A stretch of DNA of 64,000 bases from Camelus ferus. Lineage: Eukaryota. The notes beneath the pieces are model-generated. The model had not been told where the DNA came from. It saw nothing but the letters and a program-made list of their open reading frames with translations, and searched no databases. Positions 1 to 12,988 of this stretch are shown piece by piece; the stretch's first letter is position 1, and each line of letters opens with the position of its first letter. The translations under genes were made by a program, and so were the position numbers. The DNA lies in the NCBI RefSeq assembly GCF_009834535.1, contig NC_045696.1, forward strand, positions 4,900,001 through 4,964,000. The letters are read 5' to 3'.

Positions 1-242
1 GATCTCCAGGTCCAGACACAAAGAACAAACTTACAGTTACCAGGGGGTAAAGGAGGTGGGAAGGGATAAACTGAGAACTCGAAAATTGCACCTCTTGACG
101 AGGGATGAAAATGTTCTCTATCTTGATTGTGGTGGTGGTTTCATGGCTGTATACATCTATCAAAATTCATCAAACTGTACATCTGAAATATGTGTAGTTT
201 ACAGTACAGGAACCACACCACAATAAAGGTGTTAAAAAAAAA
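1..242 (+). mobile_element. L1 3'-end fragments (young L1 piece followed by an older L1M-type 3' end)
   Basis: gaacaaacttacagttaccagggg...gggataaac, then gatgaaaatgttctctatcttgattgtggtggtggtttcatgg...aataaag and an A-tail. Confidence 0.7.
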
Positions 243-2701
243 CTCCTAGTCTCATCGTGCAGATCTCAGTATGTATGCCCGGTTCCAAAATGATCGTGGG
301 AGGCAGAGCGCGGATGTTGGAGCCTGGGAGACTTACTTTAAACCTGGCTCTAACAGTTTTCTTCAGCTGTGTGATCATGAACAAGTGATTCACTGTTTTA
401 AACACGGGATGAAGAGCTGGTAGTGTTCTGACATGTTAGGAAGAGGAAATGAATAGTGAGAACGAAGGGCCATTTGTAGCCAACTGAAAAAAAGGTATAG
501 GTTGTAGGTTAGGATGTGGGATAAGATCAAGTTTAAGGCAACCCTGAACTTTGGGGTAAGCGCTACACTTTGCTCAGAAGCACTGAGCGGCCATTAAAAT
601 GAGTCACTTCTTAAAATGCTAAATGTAAGTGACACGTCGCCCCAGGTGTGTAAGAGCCCAGAGGGCAAGGATTCTGTAAGCTGCCGGTAGCCCCAGTACC
701 AGGGAATTCAAACAAGTGTTTTTGGCAACAGGCAGCTGAATGCAGTGTCCTCAGTGAGGTCCTGTGGTGACACTGCCTTGTAAACTGACTTGCTGTAGAA
801 GCGGAGAGCCGCTAATACTGCAGCTGCCCTCACGGAGGGGTAGAATAACGCGCCAGTGGTGGAAACAGCAGTAGCAGTATTTAGGGCCCTTCATTCACCA
901 GTGTTTTCCTCACGTGAGTGTCTGTGGCCATTTCAAGTTGAGTGTTTTACACTTGATGAGCGCCCAGTTCTGGAACTTCCCAGGGGACAGAGAATGTAAG
1001 TTGCTCCAAACAAGTGTATTTTCCACCTGGCAGTCTCCCTCCTCACTCAACTGAAACCACCACAACAAATCAACACCATCGTTGTTTTTAGAAATCATTC
1101 TTAGCATAATGTATTAATGAGTGCTAAATCTGATCTAACTAAATTTAGCTAATTCCCAAGGTTAGAATTTGTTTGGAAAGTTGGCAAAATTGTGAAGAAT
1201 CTCTTTTATCTAGTCTCTTGTTATGGGTGATAGTGAAATTTTGTCACACGGTTGTTTCCTGTAAACATCCTTTTAACATATTTTTGTGAACTAAATATTT
1301 TAGAATTTGAATTAAAATTGTTTTTTGATGTGATATAGTAGCAATGAAGACAGAAATAAACAAAATCCTTCTATTAAGTTAAAATTTGAAATTGTAAATG
1401 CTCCCTTGATTTAGGAAGTCAGCACTGTCGGTGCTGTTCTGAAGCGTAGTGAGTTGCCCTGGAGTTGGAAACCTTGATGAGCTACATTTACATCCACACA
1501 GGCACCAAGACACAGCTTTCTCTCCGCTAATGGCTTAGAAGGGGCTTCAGCAAGAGTCCTGGTAATCAGGTTGGACATTCTGAATTGATGGCTGATCGAG
1601 GGAAAGGGCCAAGATATGCAGTGATTTCAGGGACTTTTAACAAGACTTGGCAAATAAACAGGACACACAGTCAATCACACAGTAAATGCCAATACCCCCC
1701 ACCCAACCTGTTCCGCAGGAGGGCCCCTGGGCAAAAAACAAAACTGATAAAATAAAATAAAATAAAAATGAACTGCAGGCACCAAGAAACCTTAACAGAA
1801 TTTTCTCTATAGAGAGTGCTTCTTTTGTAGAACTGCCTTATTGTCTGTTTTCTTTGTGTTCACTTATACAAAGAGAAAAGAAAACTAATAGCAAGATCTC
1901 AGTATTTCTGAGTTTCTTTGTTTTTTAAAATTTTGTGATTTAAGAAAAAGAAAGCAAAGAGAAATGCTTTGCAAAGGCAACTTTGGAATCTACACAGACA
2001 TCTCTAAATTGTGTTATTATACCAATCTACCTAATTTCAGTGGTCCTAAAATGTGAACTTACAAATTGCTGTCAACCCTTTCAACTTAAAACAGACGAAA
2101 ATGTTACAATCTCCAGGTAGAAAAACTTGCTTCATTTTAAAGCCAGATACCAAAGATGCTGAATTTTTGATCAAAAAAAAATCTGAAATAAAAATAGATC
2201 TGACCTTTGAAGAGAAAAATTTCTTGTCTTCAAATCTGACTTTCATTCTTTTTCATTAAAATAAAAATAAAAATATAATAAAAAGAACATCCCAGAATAG
2301 CCTCTTCTCAAGTTAAAAATACAGAGCCACATCCAATTATTTCTGGAACCAGCCACGAAAGGGAAAAAAAGGATGAAGTTCGAATATCATAAACTGCCAT
2401 TTCTTATTGGAGTTAGAGTTTTCATAAAAATCTTGCAAGTCTTTTGGCAAATTAAACTAACTGGACTCAGTAATACTCATATCAATTATGATAATAAACA
2501 TCCTTCTTGCTGCCCCCATGCCAATTTAACCATGTAAAAAATTATCTTACTTCTTTTAAATTTGTAGTAGGGTCCCTTGGAGAAGTAAGTTATGTATATA
2601 ACATGTATATAAAAGATCCTGGGATTCACTGATTTTTAAACTCTTCTCCCATCTAGGACGACATATCTTTCAATCCTAATTCTTCCTAGTGCTCCCCAAT
2701 T

Positions 2702-2719
2702 ACACACACACACACACAC
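2702..2719. repeat. (CA)n microsatellite
   Basis: Direct inspection. Confidence 0.9.
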
Positions 2720-3114
2720 CCCTCCAAGTATGAACTTGTGCACCTTCGGTCCTATAGTTCTGTTGAAAATCCTCCTCTCCCCTGTGCTTTGGGTGAAATT
2801 CATCCATTTTTTCAAAAGTTCAGCATAAGGTAGAGGCTCCCCCATCCTCCCTCCTCGGGAAAGAAGGCTTGGCCCTCATCTTTGCTGCCTCTTCTGGAAG
2901 TATCTCCCTGTGAGCAGGGGCTTTGTTTGGATTGCTCAACGTGCATCTTCACCTCCTTCTGGTTTCCCTGCTGGGCTGACTTAGAAGCAAAAAGCCCTCT
3001 TCTCAGATACTTTTGTTCCAGGCTCTGGAAGTGGTTGGGATACTGTCTGGGGCATCAAGGGAGGTCCAGATCCATGAACTACCATTTGTTCATCTTAACT
3101 ATTAAGAGCCATGT

Positions 3115-3298
3115 TGTTTGGCCTAGTGGCAAGAGTGTGGCCTTGGCAGTTGGGCAAACCTGTGTTACGTGACCTTAGTCTCAAGTCATGTGACTGTACT
3201 GAACCTCAGACCCTCATTCAACTCGGGAGAGTGTTGGGGGAATTAAATGAGGAGATATGCAAAATGCCTGGAATGCAGTAATCAATGAAAATCACTGC
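3115..3298 (+). mobile_element. MIR SINE (degenerate)
   Basis: ggcctagtggcaagagtgtgg...gtgacctt...gaacctcag...gaattaaatgag...atgcaaaatgcctgg resembles the MIR consensus. Confidence 0.65.
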
Positions 3299-3479
3299 TT
3301 TCTCTTTGTCTCCCCTTATGTTCATAAACACTTTGAGTGAAGGGGACAGTGTGGGTCCACGGCTGTATTTAGATGCCAAGCAGATTGCCTTTGTGTTCAA
3401 CCACCCAACAGCGACGTTGTGGAACTTACGTCTTAACTATTCTAAAAACTCATCAGTTTAATGTCTTTCTTTAAAAAGT

Positions 3480-4025
3480 ATAGGTTTGAGCCCAGAAACT
3501 TTACTTTAGGGACCTAGGTAAAGAAATAATTAGAAATACAGATAAAGATCTATAAGAGACTTTTATGTTATTTTATTTTAATTATAATAGTGAAATATTA
3601 GAAGCACCCAGGAGTAGATAGGTTAATTAAATTATTGTGTATCTACTCAATGGATTATTGCACAGTATTAAAATGGTGTATTAAAGCATTTTAGTGACAG
3701 GAAATCATTCATGATTCAGTAACAGTCATATAATATCCATTGAATATACACATAATAAAAATACTGAGTAAAATAAACTGAATGCAAAGCTATTTAAATA
3801 ACAATGTAATATCAGTTATATGAATGTACATACATATATATGTAGAAAAATTAATAGAAGTAAATACAAAAATATGTTAATAGTGGTCAGTTCTTTGTCA
3901 GACAGCTCTTGTGTCTTGGTCATGGAATTATGAAGGATTTACATTTTATTCTTCTACATTTATGTGTTTTTCAGAATTTTCACACTGTGCCAAATTCTAT
4001 TTGTCATTAAAGTCATTTAAAAAAC
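3480..4025 (+). mobile_element. Old L1 (L1ME/MC-like) 3' region
   Basis: AT-rich degenerate match to the L1 ORF2 end/3'UTR (tttgagcccagaaact..., aaattattgtgtatctactcaatggattattgcacag). Confidence 0.5.
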
Positions 4026-5210
4026 CTTATAAAAATGAAAATATGGATTTCTACAGGCTGGAATCTTTAAATATATGCTGATAAACGTATACATTTAATA
4101 AAGTTATTCTTCAGGTAGAGTTTTCTTTGTATTTTCTCCTCCTATAAAATATAAACTGCCAAGGGCTTGGAATGTGTCTTTTCATGTTTTAAATACCACT
4201 TCACTTCTTGGTAGAAATTCATTAATTTGTCACTTTTCTTATAACTAATGTTCACTGAGTGCTGCTCTGTGCTGAGGCTGCGTGCTCAGGTCCTGAAAGA
4301 TCTTCGGCTGGTGAGGAGTATATACCAGGTTCTTTGGACGTGGCTTTGAGAAGTGGGCAGGGTTGGGAAATCAGTGTGTTCTCTAGGCTGTATTTCTCTG
4401 ATTTTGAACTCTTTAGATTTGAAGGCCTTCTAAACCTTTCACCCAAGAAGATTCTGGTGGTCTCAGTGTGGAGTCGACGTAGAGAACGTCATCGATGTGC
4501 ACTCCGTGTGCATTAAATGCAGGCTTATATTGGACAAAAGGAAGCAGAGTTTGAGTGACGTTTATCACCCAATGCATGAATGTTCAGTTCTGTACATATT
4601 TATCACCTCATGGCTCTTTTAATGCTTGTTTTAGGAGTGGTAGATTTTACTATCTTTTGAATGTTTGTATTTTTAAAATATTTTTTCATTGTTAAATTCG
4701 GCTCACCTAAAATTGATACTATCTTATGAACAGAAGCCTCTGGGAGTGCTAATCATGTGTGTGCTTGCTTTATCTTTTTACCTGCATCGCGGTTTAAAGA
4801 ACCTCGCTGAGTCATAACCCTTGCTTCTGAAGTTATATTCCCTATGATGTTGCTGTTTGGTCCTTTGTGGAAAGCATCTCTTCAGTTGGATCTCATAGAG
4901 CTTGGCAGAAACCAAGGGAGGACACTCAGTGTTCAGAGCAGGCCCAGAGGGTTCTCTGTCTCACACGTGGCTCGTCTTCCCCCCAAATCAAAGAGATGTA
5001 GCACATTCTCCATCCTGGAGTTTAGGCTGTTGTATGAATTTGTGTTTTATCCTTGTTTGTGATTCTGAGGGATGCTTAAGACAGATACACACACACATAC
5101 ATATTTTGTTTTAGGAAGCATATGACTTATAGATGAACCTCTGATCTGATCATCTGAGGGTGGTTTATAGGTATTTGCATTTTCCAAATGCTTACCAAAT
5201 GTTGTTCATT

Positions 5211-5288
5211 GGGCTATACACCAAAAATTGACACATTGTAACTGACTATAATTTAATTTAAAAAAATTAAAAAATAAATTAATTTTAA
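5211..5288 (+). mobile_element. Very short 5'-truncated young L1 3' end with probable TSD
   Basis: gctatacaccaaaaattgacacattgtaactgactata plus A-rich tail, flanked by aatgttgttcatt / aaagttgttcctt. Confidence 0.7.
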
Positions 5289-6684
5289 AAAGTTGTTCCT
5301 TTGTAGTCCACACTAGGGCACTAAATGATTTTTAGAGTCTTGATAAATGCTATAACTATGTATCACAGGAGGGTTTCTTTACAAAGTGGAATTGATAAGC
5401 TTACCTACTTAGGACGCACAGAAGACTAGTTACTCAGGACTTTATCTCCTTCATTGAGTGTTCAGGTATGGGATTTGAAGAAACGTATGGGCTGTTGGAT
5501 GAGGATGTGTAGAATGACCGCGGAGACAATGACTGGAGTAAAACAATGCTCCTGAAAAGAACGATAAAGAAGTGAAGACTCAACCTCAGGTGGTTGTTTA
5601 ATGCGTATTAGCTCCCGCAGCCCCAAGCCCACCGCTGCTCTACACACCTGCTGCTGCCCGGGAGGGCAAGAGCGAAGGGGTTAGTCAAGTTCCTTTCATC
5701 CGAGATGAGCCACAGCCACGTTCCAGCTCCTAGTCTCTGCGCGTTGTTCTAACACACTCTACTCAAAGTAATGTTATAGGGCTAAACGTTCTTCAAATTT
5801 TTATGGTAAGGAATTTCCAAGAAAAGCAGTGGGATTATATACTTCTCCAGACATTGTCAGTAAGCAAGGATTTATTGAGTGAACATGGCTAATGCTGTGT
5901 GGGACACAGTGGAGGACACCTCCCTGCACCAGTTCATATGGAGTGGGCCGTCTGGAGAGGTCATGTCATTGACATTGTACTTATGCTTGCCTAGAGGAGA
6001 CTCCATGGTGGGTGCAAACTTGCAAAGAAGGATACCTGTCAGTCCGAGCTGACAAAATTAAAAGTGTTTTTCCCCAAAGGAAGAAAAATGAGAATGCTTT
6101 GTAGTTGTACTTTTAAATCTCTTGCAGGCACGTTATTTCATTTGATTAGAGCAAGTTGAGAGTTCTTTCATGTTCTCACTGATCTGCACTCTTGGCTTAT
6201 AATTGGTGTTAATAACTGTGACATTTTTATCTCAAAGAGGAGGTGGGCATATTGCCTAAAATTATTTCCCTCAAGATTTCTGTGTTTTGTGTTTATGCAC
6301 CTATAGATTTTAAGTATAGAATTGGCTTCTTATGTAAAGCTCATCTGAGTGGGTAAATGAACATCGACACCCATTCTAACAGCCACAAGGTCTACCAAGG
6401 GTAAGAGCCTCTACACCTGTGTATGAACACAGCTTACCTGGCAGTGGCTGCTCAGGTGACTGGTGCTCCTTGGAGGGGTCCCAGAGTACAGTGATTTCAC
6501 ACACCTAACTCATCTGATGTGAAATGTTATATACCTTGAAATCTTTCTTCATAATAAAGCCATTCTCTTAGGAGAAACTCTCTCCCCACCTCTCTTCCCT
6601 TGCAAAGAACTGTAGGTTGAGTTTGCTCACTCTTATTTTAAACTCATTCTTCATGAAGGCAGAGGATGAACTGCTTTGAGTTGT

Positions 6685-7143
6685 TGTTATAGGTTAAATC
6701 GTGTCCCCTAAAATGATACATTAAAGCCCTCACCCTCAGTGCCTCAGAATGTGACCTTACTTGGAGATAGACTGTTACAGATGTGACTAGTTAAATGAAG
6801 ATGAGGTGAGACACGAGTATGGGGCCCTTAATCCAATACTACTGCATCCTTATAACAAAAGGGAAATCTGGACACAGATTTAGAGAGGACAGGCCATGTG
6901 AAGAGGCAGAGTTCGAGCTATGTGAACAGAAGCCAAGGAATGCTCGGGGCTCGCAGGAGCTGGAAGAAGAAAGGAAGGAGCCCTGCCTGGAGGCTTTCAA
7001 GGGAGTATGGCCCTGCCACTAACCTGGTTTCATACTTCTGGCCTCCAGAAATGTGAGAGAAGACATTTCTGTGGTTTAAGCCACCTAGTTTGTGTTTTTT
7101 TTTATATATACTTTTTTTTATGGCAGCCCTAAGAACTAATACA
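6685..7143 (+). mobile_element. MaLR solo LTR (MLT1B/C-like), near full length
   Basis: TG...CA termini (tgttatagg...ctaataca) and hallmark motifs cagaatgtgaccttacttggagatag, cttctggcctccagaaatgtgaga, tttaagccacctagtttgtg. Confidence 0.85.
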
Positions 7144-8883
7144 GATGCCACATTGAAAGATGAAGCCAAGGGTAAAACACAAAACAAGTTTCAATGGCAA
7201 TCAACTCTTCACAGATCTTCCATCTTCTTGCCATGAATTATTCAAGTCCTTTGTTTTTGTTCCTGTCCATTCAAAAACCAAGATTTTCATCTCTTGGTTG
7301 ACTATTACAGATCCTTCTAAAATTGTTTCTGTCTAACAGATGACTGACAGACTCCAGGTCTTTACTTGTGTGCAGTGGAGGGAAAAAAAGAACAAGAATT
7401 GAGTTTTTGACTGAATTTTGAGATTAGGCTCACACACCTGCTGAGAAGGTTTGAATATGAAACTGGGCAAGAGAAGTCAAAAAACTTGATTAGACAAAAC
7501 TAAACTGGGATGACATCAGCCTCTCCCTCCCACATACGATGACTTCCTCTCCGAGAGGTTTTCATGGGAACAGGAGGGAGAGCCACATGATGAACACGTG
7601 GACATGTGATGACACTTGGGGTTGATTCTCAGTACTGTGTAATGATGATCCCCAAGACAGTGGTCACACATCTGTCCTCCTCCAAGGAGCCATTCACTCC
7701 CATGTATTGTCCTTTCCCTCAGCTGCACGCACGTTCTCCACCCCACAGTCTCACGAAATGTCTCTCCTCAAGTTTCCTCTTACACAACAAGTGAGCATTG
7801 TGACAATGTGTGCAGTGACCACTGAATGGGAAACAGTGCAGGCAAAACAGTTGGGGATGTGCTTATCCATCCAGTGATTATAACAGGTTATATTTTCTTT
7901 TTAGAACAAGAATTGAGGGTATGCTTTATAACTCCTTTCATTACTGTAAGTCAGTTGAATCTAGATTTCTCTAGATTCAAGATTATTTTTTTTTTGATGG
8001 TTGAATCCTCATCAACTTGGTTCATGTAGTTAAAATGATTTGGGGAATTCAACAAAAAAAATTTTGTAAATGTACTTGGAAAGTATGAATGCATGCTTAA
8101 AGATCTATGATGGAAATTCAGCACTAATTTGGTGTAACCCTTTTCAGTTTTTGTCATATACAGTGATTCAGTTTGGAATGGACCAGAGAAAAAGTGGTGC
8201 TCATTCATCAGATGTCTTTTTTATGACATTAGCTTTTTCCTTTTGGCCCTCATTTATGCTACTTCTCCTCATAAAATATTGGTTATTTTAAAAGGATATT
8301 CTCTAGTTAAAATTTAATAGCAAGAAATGAAAGAAAAATGGCTTCAATGCTAGACATTTACAATGACTTTATCACATCCTTGCTCAAATGACAAGTGGAA
8401 GTTTTCTCAGCATGATGTGAGAATAATTTATCAGAAGAGATCAAAATGAGTAAAATGTATGTTGGAGAAAACCCTTTCATACTCTCTCAAGAAGAGAGCA
8501 AGTTATCTTAAAACAAGGAATTTTTATTTGTCCTTTATAAAGAAATATCCTCCCTTTATTAAATACGTGTTGAGTTAGATTGAAAGGAAGAGTAAGTTTA
8601 CCATGTTGTATGGGATTTCTGAATGTGCACCATGTTACACTGTGAGAATCGCTCATAGAAGCCAATAGAAAATGAATGTTCTACATGGAATTTAAAAAGT
8701 TACTCGGTGGGAAAATGTGGGAAGAAGATGTGGGGAATTTAAAAAAAAAGCAAGATTTACTTTACCCTAGAGCAGTGAATTCATACAACAATACTCCAGT
8801 ACTTCATTAGCATTGGAATGCATTCTAATAGGTTTTATTCTTTATTTGTGTTTACTTTCTTGTCATTGTTCCAAATGTTAAAC

Positions 8884-9122
8884 TTTTTTTTTTAATTGAA
8901 GTGTAGTCAGTTACAATGTGTCGATTTTTGGTGCACAAGAAATGTACATGCATTTGGATACATATATTCTTTTTCATTAAAGGTTATTACAAGATGTTGA
9001 ATATATTCCCTGTGCTACACAGAAGAAATTTATTTTTTATCTATTTTTATATATAGTGGTTAACATTTGCAAATCTCAAACTCCCAAATTTATCACTTCC
9101 CACCCCTTTTCCCCTAGTAATC
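8884..9122 (-). mobile_element. Young L1 3' end (camelid-type)
   Basis: Poly-T then aattgaagtgtagtcagttacaatgtgtc...tccctgtgctacacag...ttgcaaatctcaaactcccaaatttatc. Confidence 0.8.
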
Positions 9123-12100
9123 ATTTCTAATAGTTTTTAGTAAGACTGGACATAATTCTCAAAATGTAAAGTTGACAATGCTTAGAATTTTATCAAATAT
9201 TTTCAAACACAGCCTGACTAATCAGTGGAAAATGGAAGGTCTTAAAATGGCCTTTATTCCCGTAGTTTTCTATGATGATTCATAAAACCCCTTTGTAAGC
9301 TATAAGGCGCATGGTCTGGATTCTCAAATAGTGAGTAGGTGCCTGCTCAATGAAGACCTGAGTGAAATGGAATTTGTGGGTCAGTATCATAACTGTACTA
9401 GAGAGATTGCTTTTCTCCAAGTACAGATACAACATCACTGACCTACCGCACGCTGGGTAACACGGGACCTCAGAATACCCTGCCTCTTATGACATCCCTC
9501 CCACCTTAAAGGCTGTTGCTGTCCAGTGTTCTGGAGATGTCTTATTTTTTCATGCCTGTCATACTAGTCATTATTATAATCAGTATATCCAGTCATTATT
9601 TGCTTAGAGTTCTGCAGTCATACCAGCTTCTTTGTTAATCATTCCATCCTTGAATACACTTGCTTTTCCTGATGCACGTCTTTTAGTTCCAGAGGAGAGC
9701 CTGTTATGGGCAAACTCTCAGTTTTTATCAAATCCTCGCAAATTTTCAGATTTTCCTCCAAATATTGTTTGTCTGCCACTTTTTTCTACTTTCTCTTCCT
9801 GAAATTGTCATTGGCCATATGATCTGCATCCCTCGTCTGTCTTTATTCTCTCTCGTGTTTATGTTTCTTTTTCTCTTTAAGCAATAATCTGGGTACTAAT
9901 TCCTTTAGATTTATTTTACTGTGTACTAATCTCCCCAATGGTGTTTAATCTAAATATTTATATCAAGGGTTATTTTTTTTTTTTTTTACTCCTGCACATT
10001 CTATTTCATTCTTTATCTGATTTATCTTTTTTTCTGACACCAGTCTGTTCCTTTATCTTGTTCTTGATTCACTTTTCTTTTTCTGCAAACATTTCAAAAA
10101 TATTTATTGAATAATCTATATTCAGTTGTTTCATTATCTGAAGTCTCTCTTGTTTTTTCTGACTTTTATGGTAATCTGTTCCCTATATGTTCAGTGGTTT
10201 GGGACTGGGAGCTCAGATTGGAAGGAAGGATTGGGGCTTTATCTGTAGACATCCTGGAGGCTCAGTCCTCCAGGGAAAATTTGCCTTTGCTTCTGCAAGA
10301 CACTCTTGGAAACTGAGTCACTGTATGTTAATATCTTGGCATGAGGTTTCTTAGACCCGGCAGAGGGTAAATCTAAACACCAAACTTGAGAAGGCTAGTA
10401 CTATGGTTAGACATATTTTTTACCCAAAGCTTAGGCAGGAACAGGCATGGGTGTTTGCTAAGATTTTTTTTTTTTTGGTCTATCCCTTCAGTGAGTTTAC
10501 CGTTTTCTGTAGAGGTTTCCTCAATTTGTGTAGGCCTAAAATCTTCTCTCTTCTTTCCTCATTTCTTCCTAGAAGAGAAAATGTCCCATAGCAACTGTGG
10601 CCACACTTTTTGCTCTAAGTGTTCAATTCCCTCTTCATTATAGAACCCCAAGGATTTTCCTCGTTTGAGAACTCTGCTATTTATTTAAATGTGTATTTAT
10701 TATACTTATCCAGAATTTAACTTTTTATACCAGGAAGTATTTCATAATAATCAACCTTTATATTGTCAGAAATGAAAGCTTCTCCAGTGCACATTTGACT
10801 TATTAACCATATTAAACTATTTGAGAAAAAAGGAAAATAAGATTCCAAATAAGAAACCATTTTCATGACAGAAATACCCAAAAATCAATTCAAGGAGGAG
10901 TTTTTTCTCAGTATTCTAAAAGAAAATCCATTAGATGGTTGTATAATAAAACTGCAATTAAAATAATAATGAAAAAGAAATGTAGGTGGAATTGAGAAGA
11001 ATAATTGCTTACCCTTTAAATTGAAAAGTAATTTGACAAGGTACCTGGGAAAATAGAATTTTGCTGATCACCAGTTTCTATCAGAGCCTCAGAAGGAGTA
11101 AACATAGGAAGTGGTTATAGGTTAACAAAGCAAGAATCATGTGTCATTAATGAGGAAGTATTAAGGTGGCGCAAATCCTCAGGAATTCACTATTTAATTT
11201 CTGAGAGCATCACCCACACCACACATGTGTTCAGCCGTGTCCTCTGGGCCTCAGACAGACCAGCAGGGTGCCAAGCGCTCTCCCCACAGTGGCCCGGTGT
11301 GGGCAGCCCCTCAAATGCCTGACCACGGAGTCCTCAGCACCACGCCAGTCCTTCTGCAGTGAATAACAATCATTCATATTCACAGTAAGTGTCAGAAACA
11401 GCCTTTAAAATTGCCTTTAACCAAAGTCTCAGAATCTGAAAATCTGCAAAAAGACTTAGGGTCCTTTTAATTTTCCTAAGGAGGTTACAAAACCCATTAA
11501 GGGTTGCTTTGCAATGAGAAGTATGTATGTTTTATTCAAGTGTTTATTCCTTTTCAAAAGCCTTATTTCTTTTATATTTGCCTGGGAGGTGGCCCGAGGC
11601 AAAACGAAATAAAAGCAGCACCGTGGTAAGATCTACAAGGCTATTACACGGCAGCAGGTGTGATTAATGGAGCGTGGTATTGCTTTTACACAGCGACGTG
11701 CATTAACGTTTACCTGTGGCACTCGGGGTGTGATGGTCCAGGCTAGAGCCACCTTGAGCTTATTGTTACTGCTGCCAACTCTTGGCAGAAAGGGACTCTG
11801 CTTTAGGGCTCTGAGACAATATTGATGGCAGTACCCCGACAGCCCAAAGAGGCCCCTGTCACTGGCTGTGAATCATTTTACCCCTTTTTTATACTTAGAA
11901 TTATTTCATTATTTGGAATAACTCAACTTCATCTTTCTGATGAAGATTCATCAATTTTTTTAAATGTGTCTAATGCTTTTGAAGAAAAGACAAAGCTACA
12001 GTTGAAGAGGCAGAGGCATTGCAAAGCAGCAGCCAGTGCCCTGACCCTGTCTTCAGTGGTCTCGTGAGCATCGGTCACCCAGCCAGAGCAGGGACCCACA

Positions 12101-12613
12101 CCAACAGTGCGTCACACCAGGCCGTCGGGAGGTGCATAGCGTTGCAGAGGACCCAGGAAAATGGAAAACACAAAACCTCTCAACCCAGTGATTACAGATC
12201 TAGGTAGACATGCTAGTGAAACTCTCTCATCTGGGCCGAGGAAATCGTGTCAAAGTTTGAAGAACCTTTTTTTGTTGTTGCAATAGTGGACTATTGACAT
12301 CAGTCTTAAGGTCCATCAGTAGTGGAATGAATGGATTCATTCGTTCATTTGATAGATAACTGGTATGTATGTGCCCTGAACTGTTCTGTATGCTAAATTT
12401 ACAGCAGTGAAAAAAACTGGAAAAACTCATATGCCGAGTAAGGTCCGTTGCAGTTGTTAGAGTGAGTTATGTTTATACAGAATGATACTATATTTCTATT
12501 AAAAAGAATGGACTAGATTTCTCTATAGCAACATGGATAAAACTTAAGAACACGTAACATTGGGTGGAAAAAACAAGTTTTTCCATAGTAAATGGTAAGA
12601 TATTTATGTAAGT

Positions 12614-12988
12614 TTTTTTAATTAAAACATAATTGGTTAACAATGTTGTGTTAGTCTCAGGTGTACAGCAAAGTAATTCAGTTACACATATGCATACATA
12701 TATTTTTTTCAGGTTCTTTTCCACTCTGGGTTATTATGACATATTGAATATAGTTCCCTGTGCTGTACAGTAGGTCCTTGTTGTTTATCTATTTTATTTA
12801 TAACAGTGTATATCTATTAATCCCCAACTCCTAGTTTATCCCTCCTTCAACCTTTCCCCTTTGGTAACCATAAGTTTGTTTTCTAAGTCTAGGAGTCTGT
12901 TTCTGCTTTTTAAAAAGTTCATTTGTATCTTTTTTTTATAGTCTGCATATAAGTGATGTCATATGTGATTTGCCTTTCTTTGTCTGAC
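12614..12988 (-). mobile_element. L1 3' end (cetartiodactyl-type), next to an older + strand L1 fragment (about 12470-12610)
   Basis: acaatgttgtgttagtctcaggtgtacagcaaagtaattcag...ttccctgtgctgtacagtaggtccttgttg...ggtaaccataagtttgttttct. Confidence 0.85.

Noticed and set aside
11334..11352. REST/RE1-like motif TCAGCACCACGCCAG
   Set aside because: The left half matches but the GGACAG right half does not.
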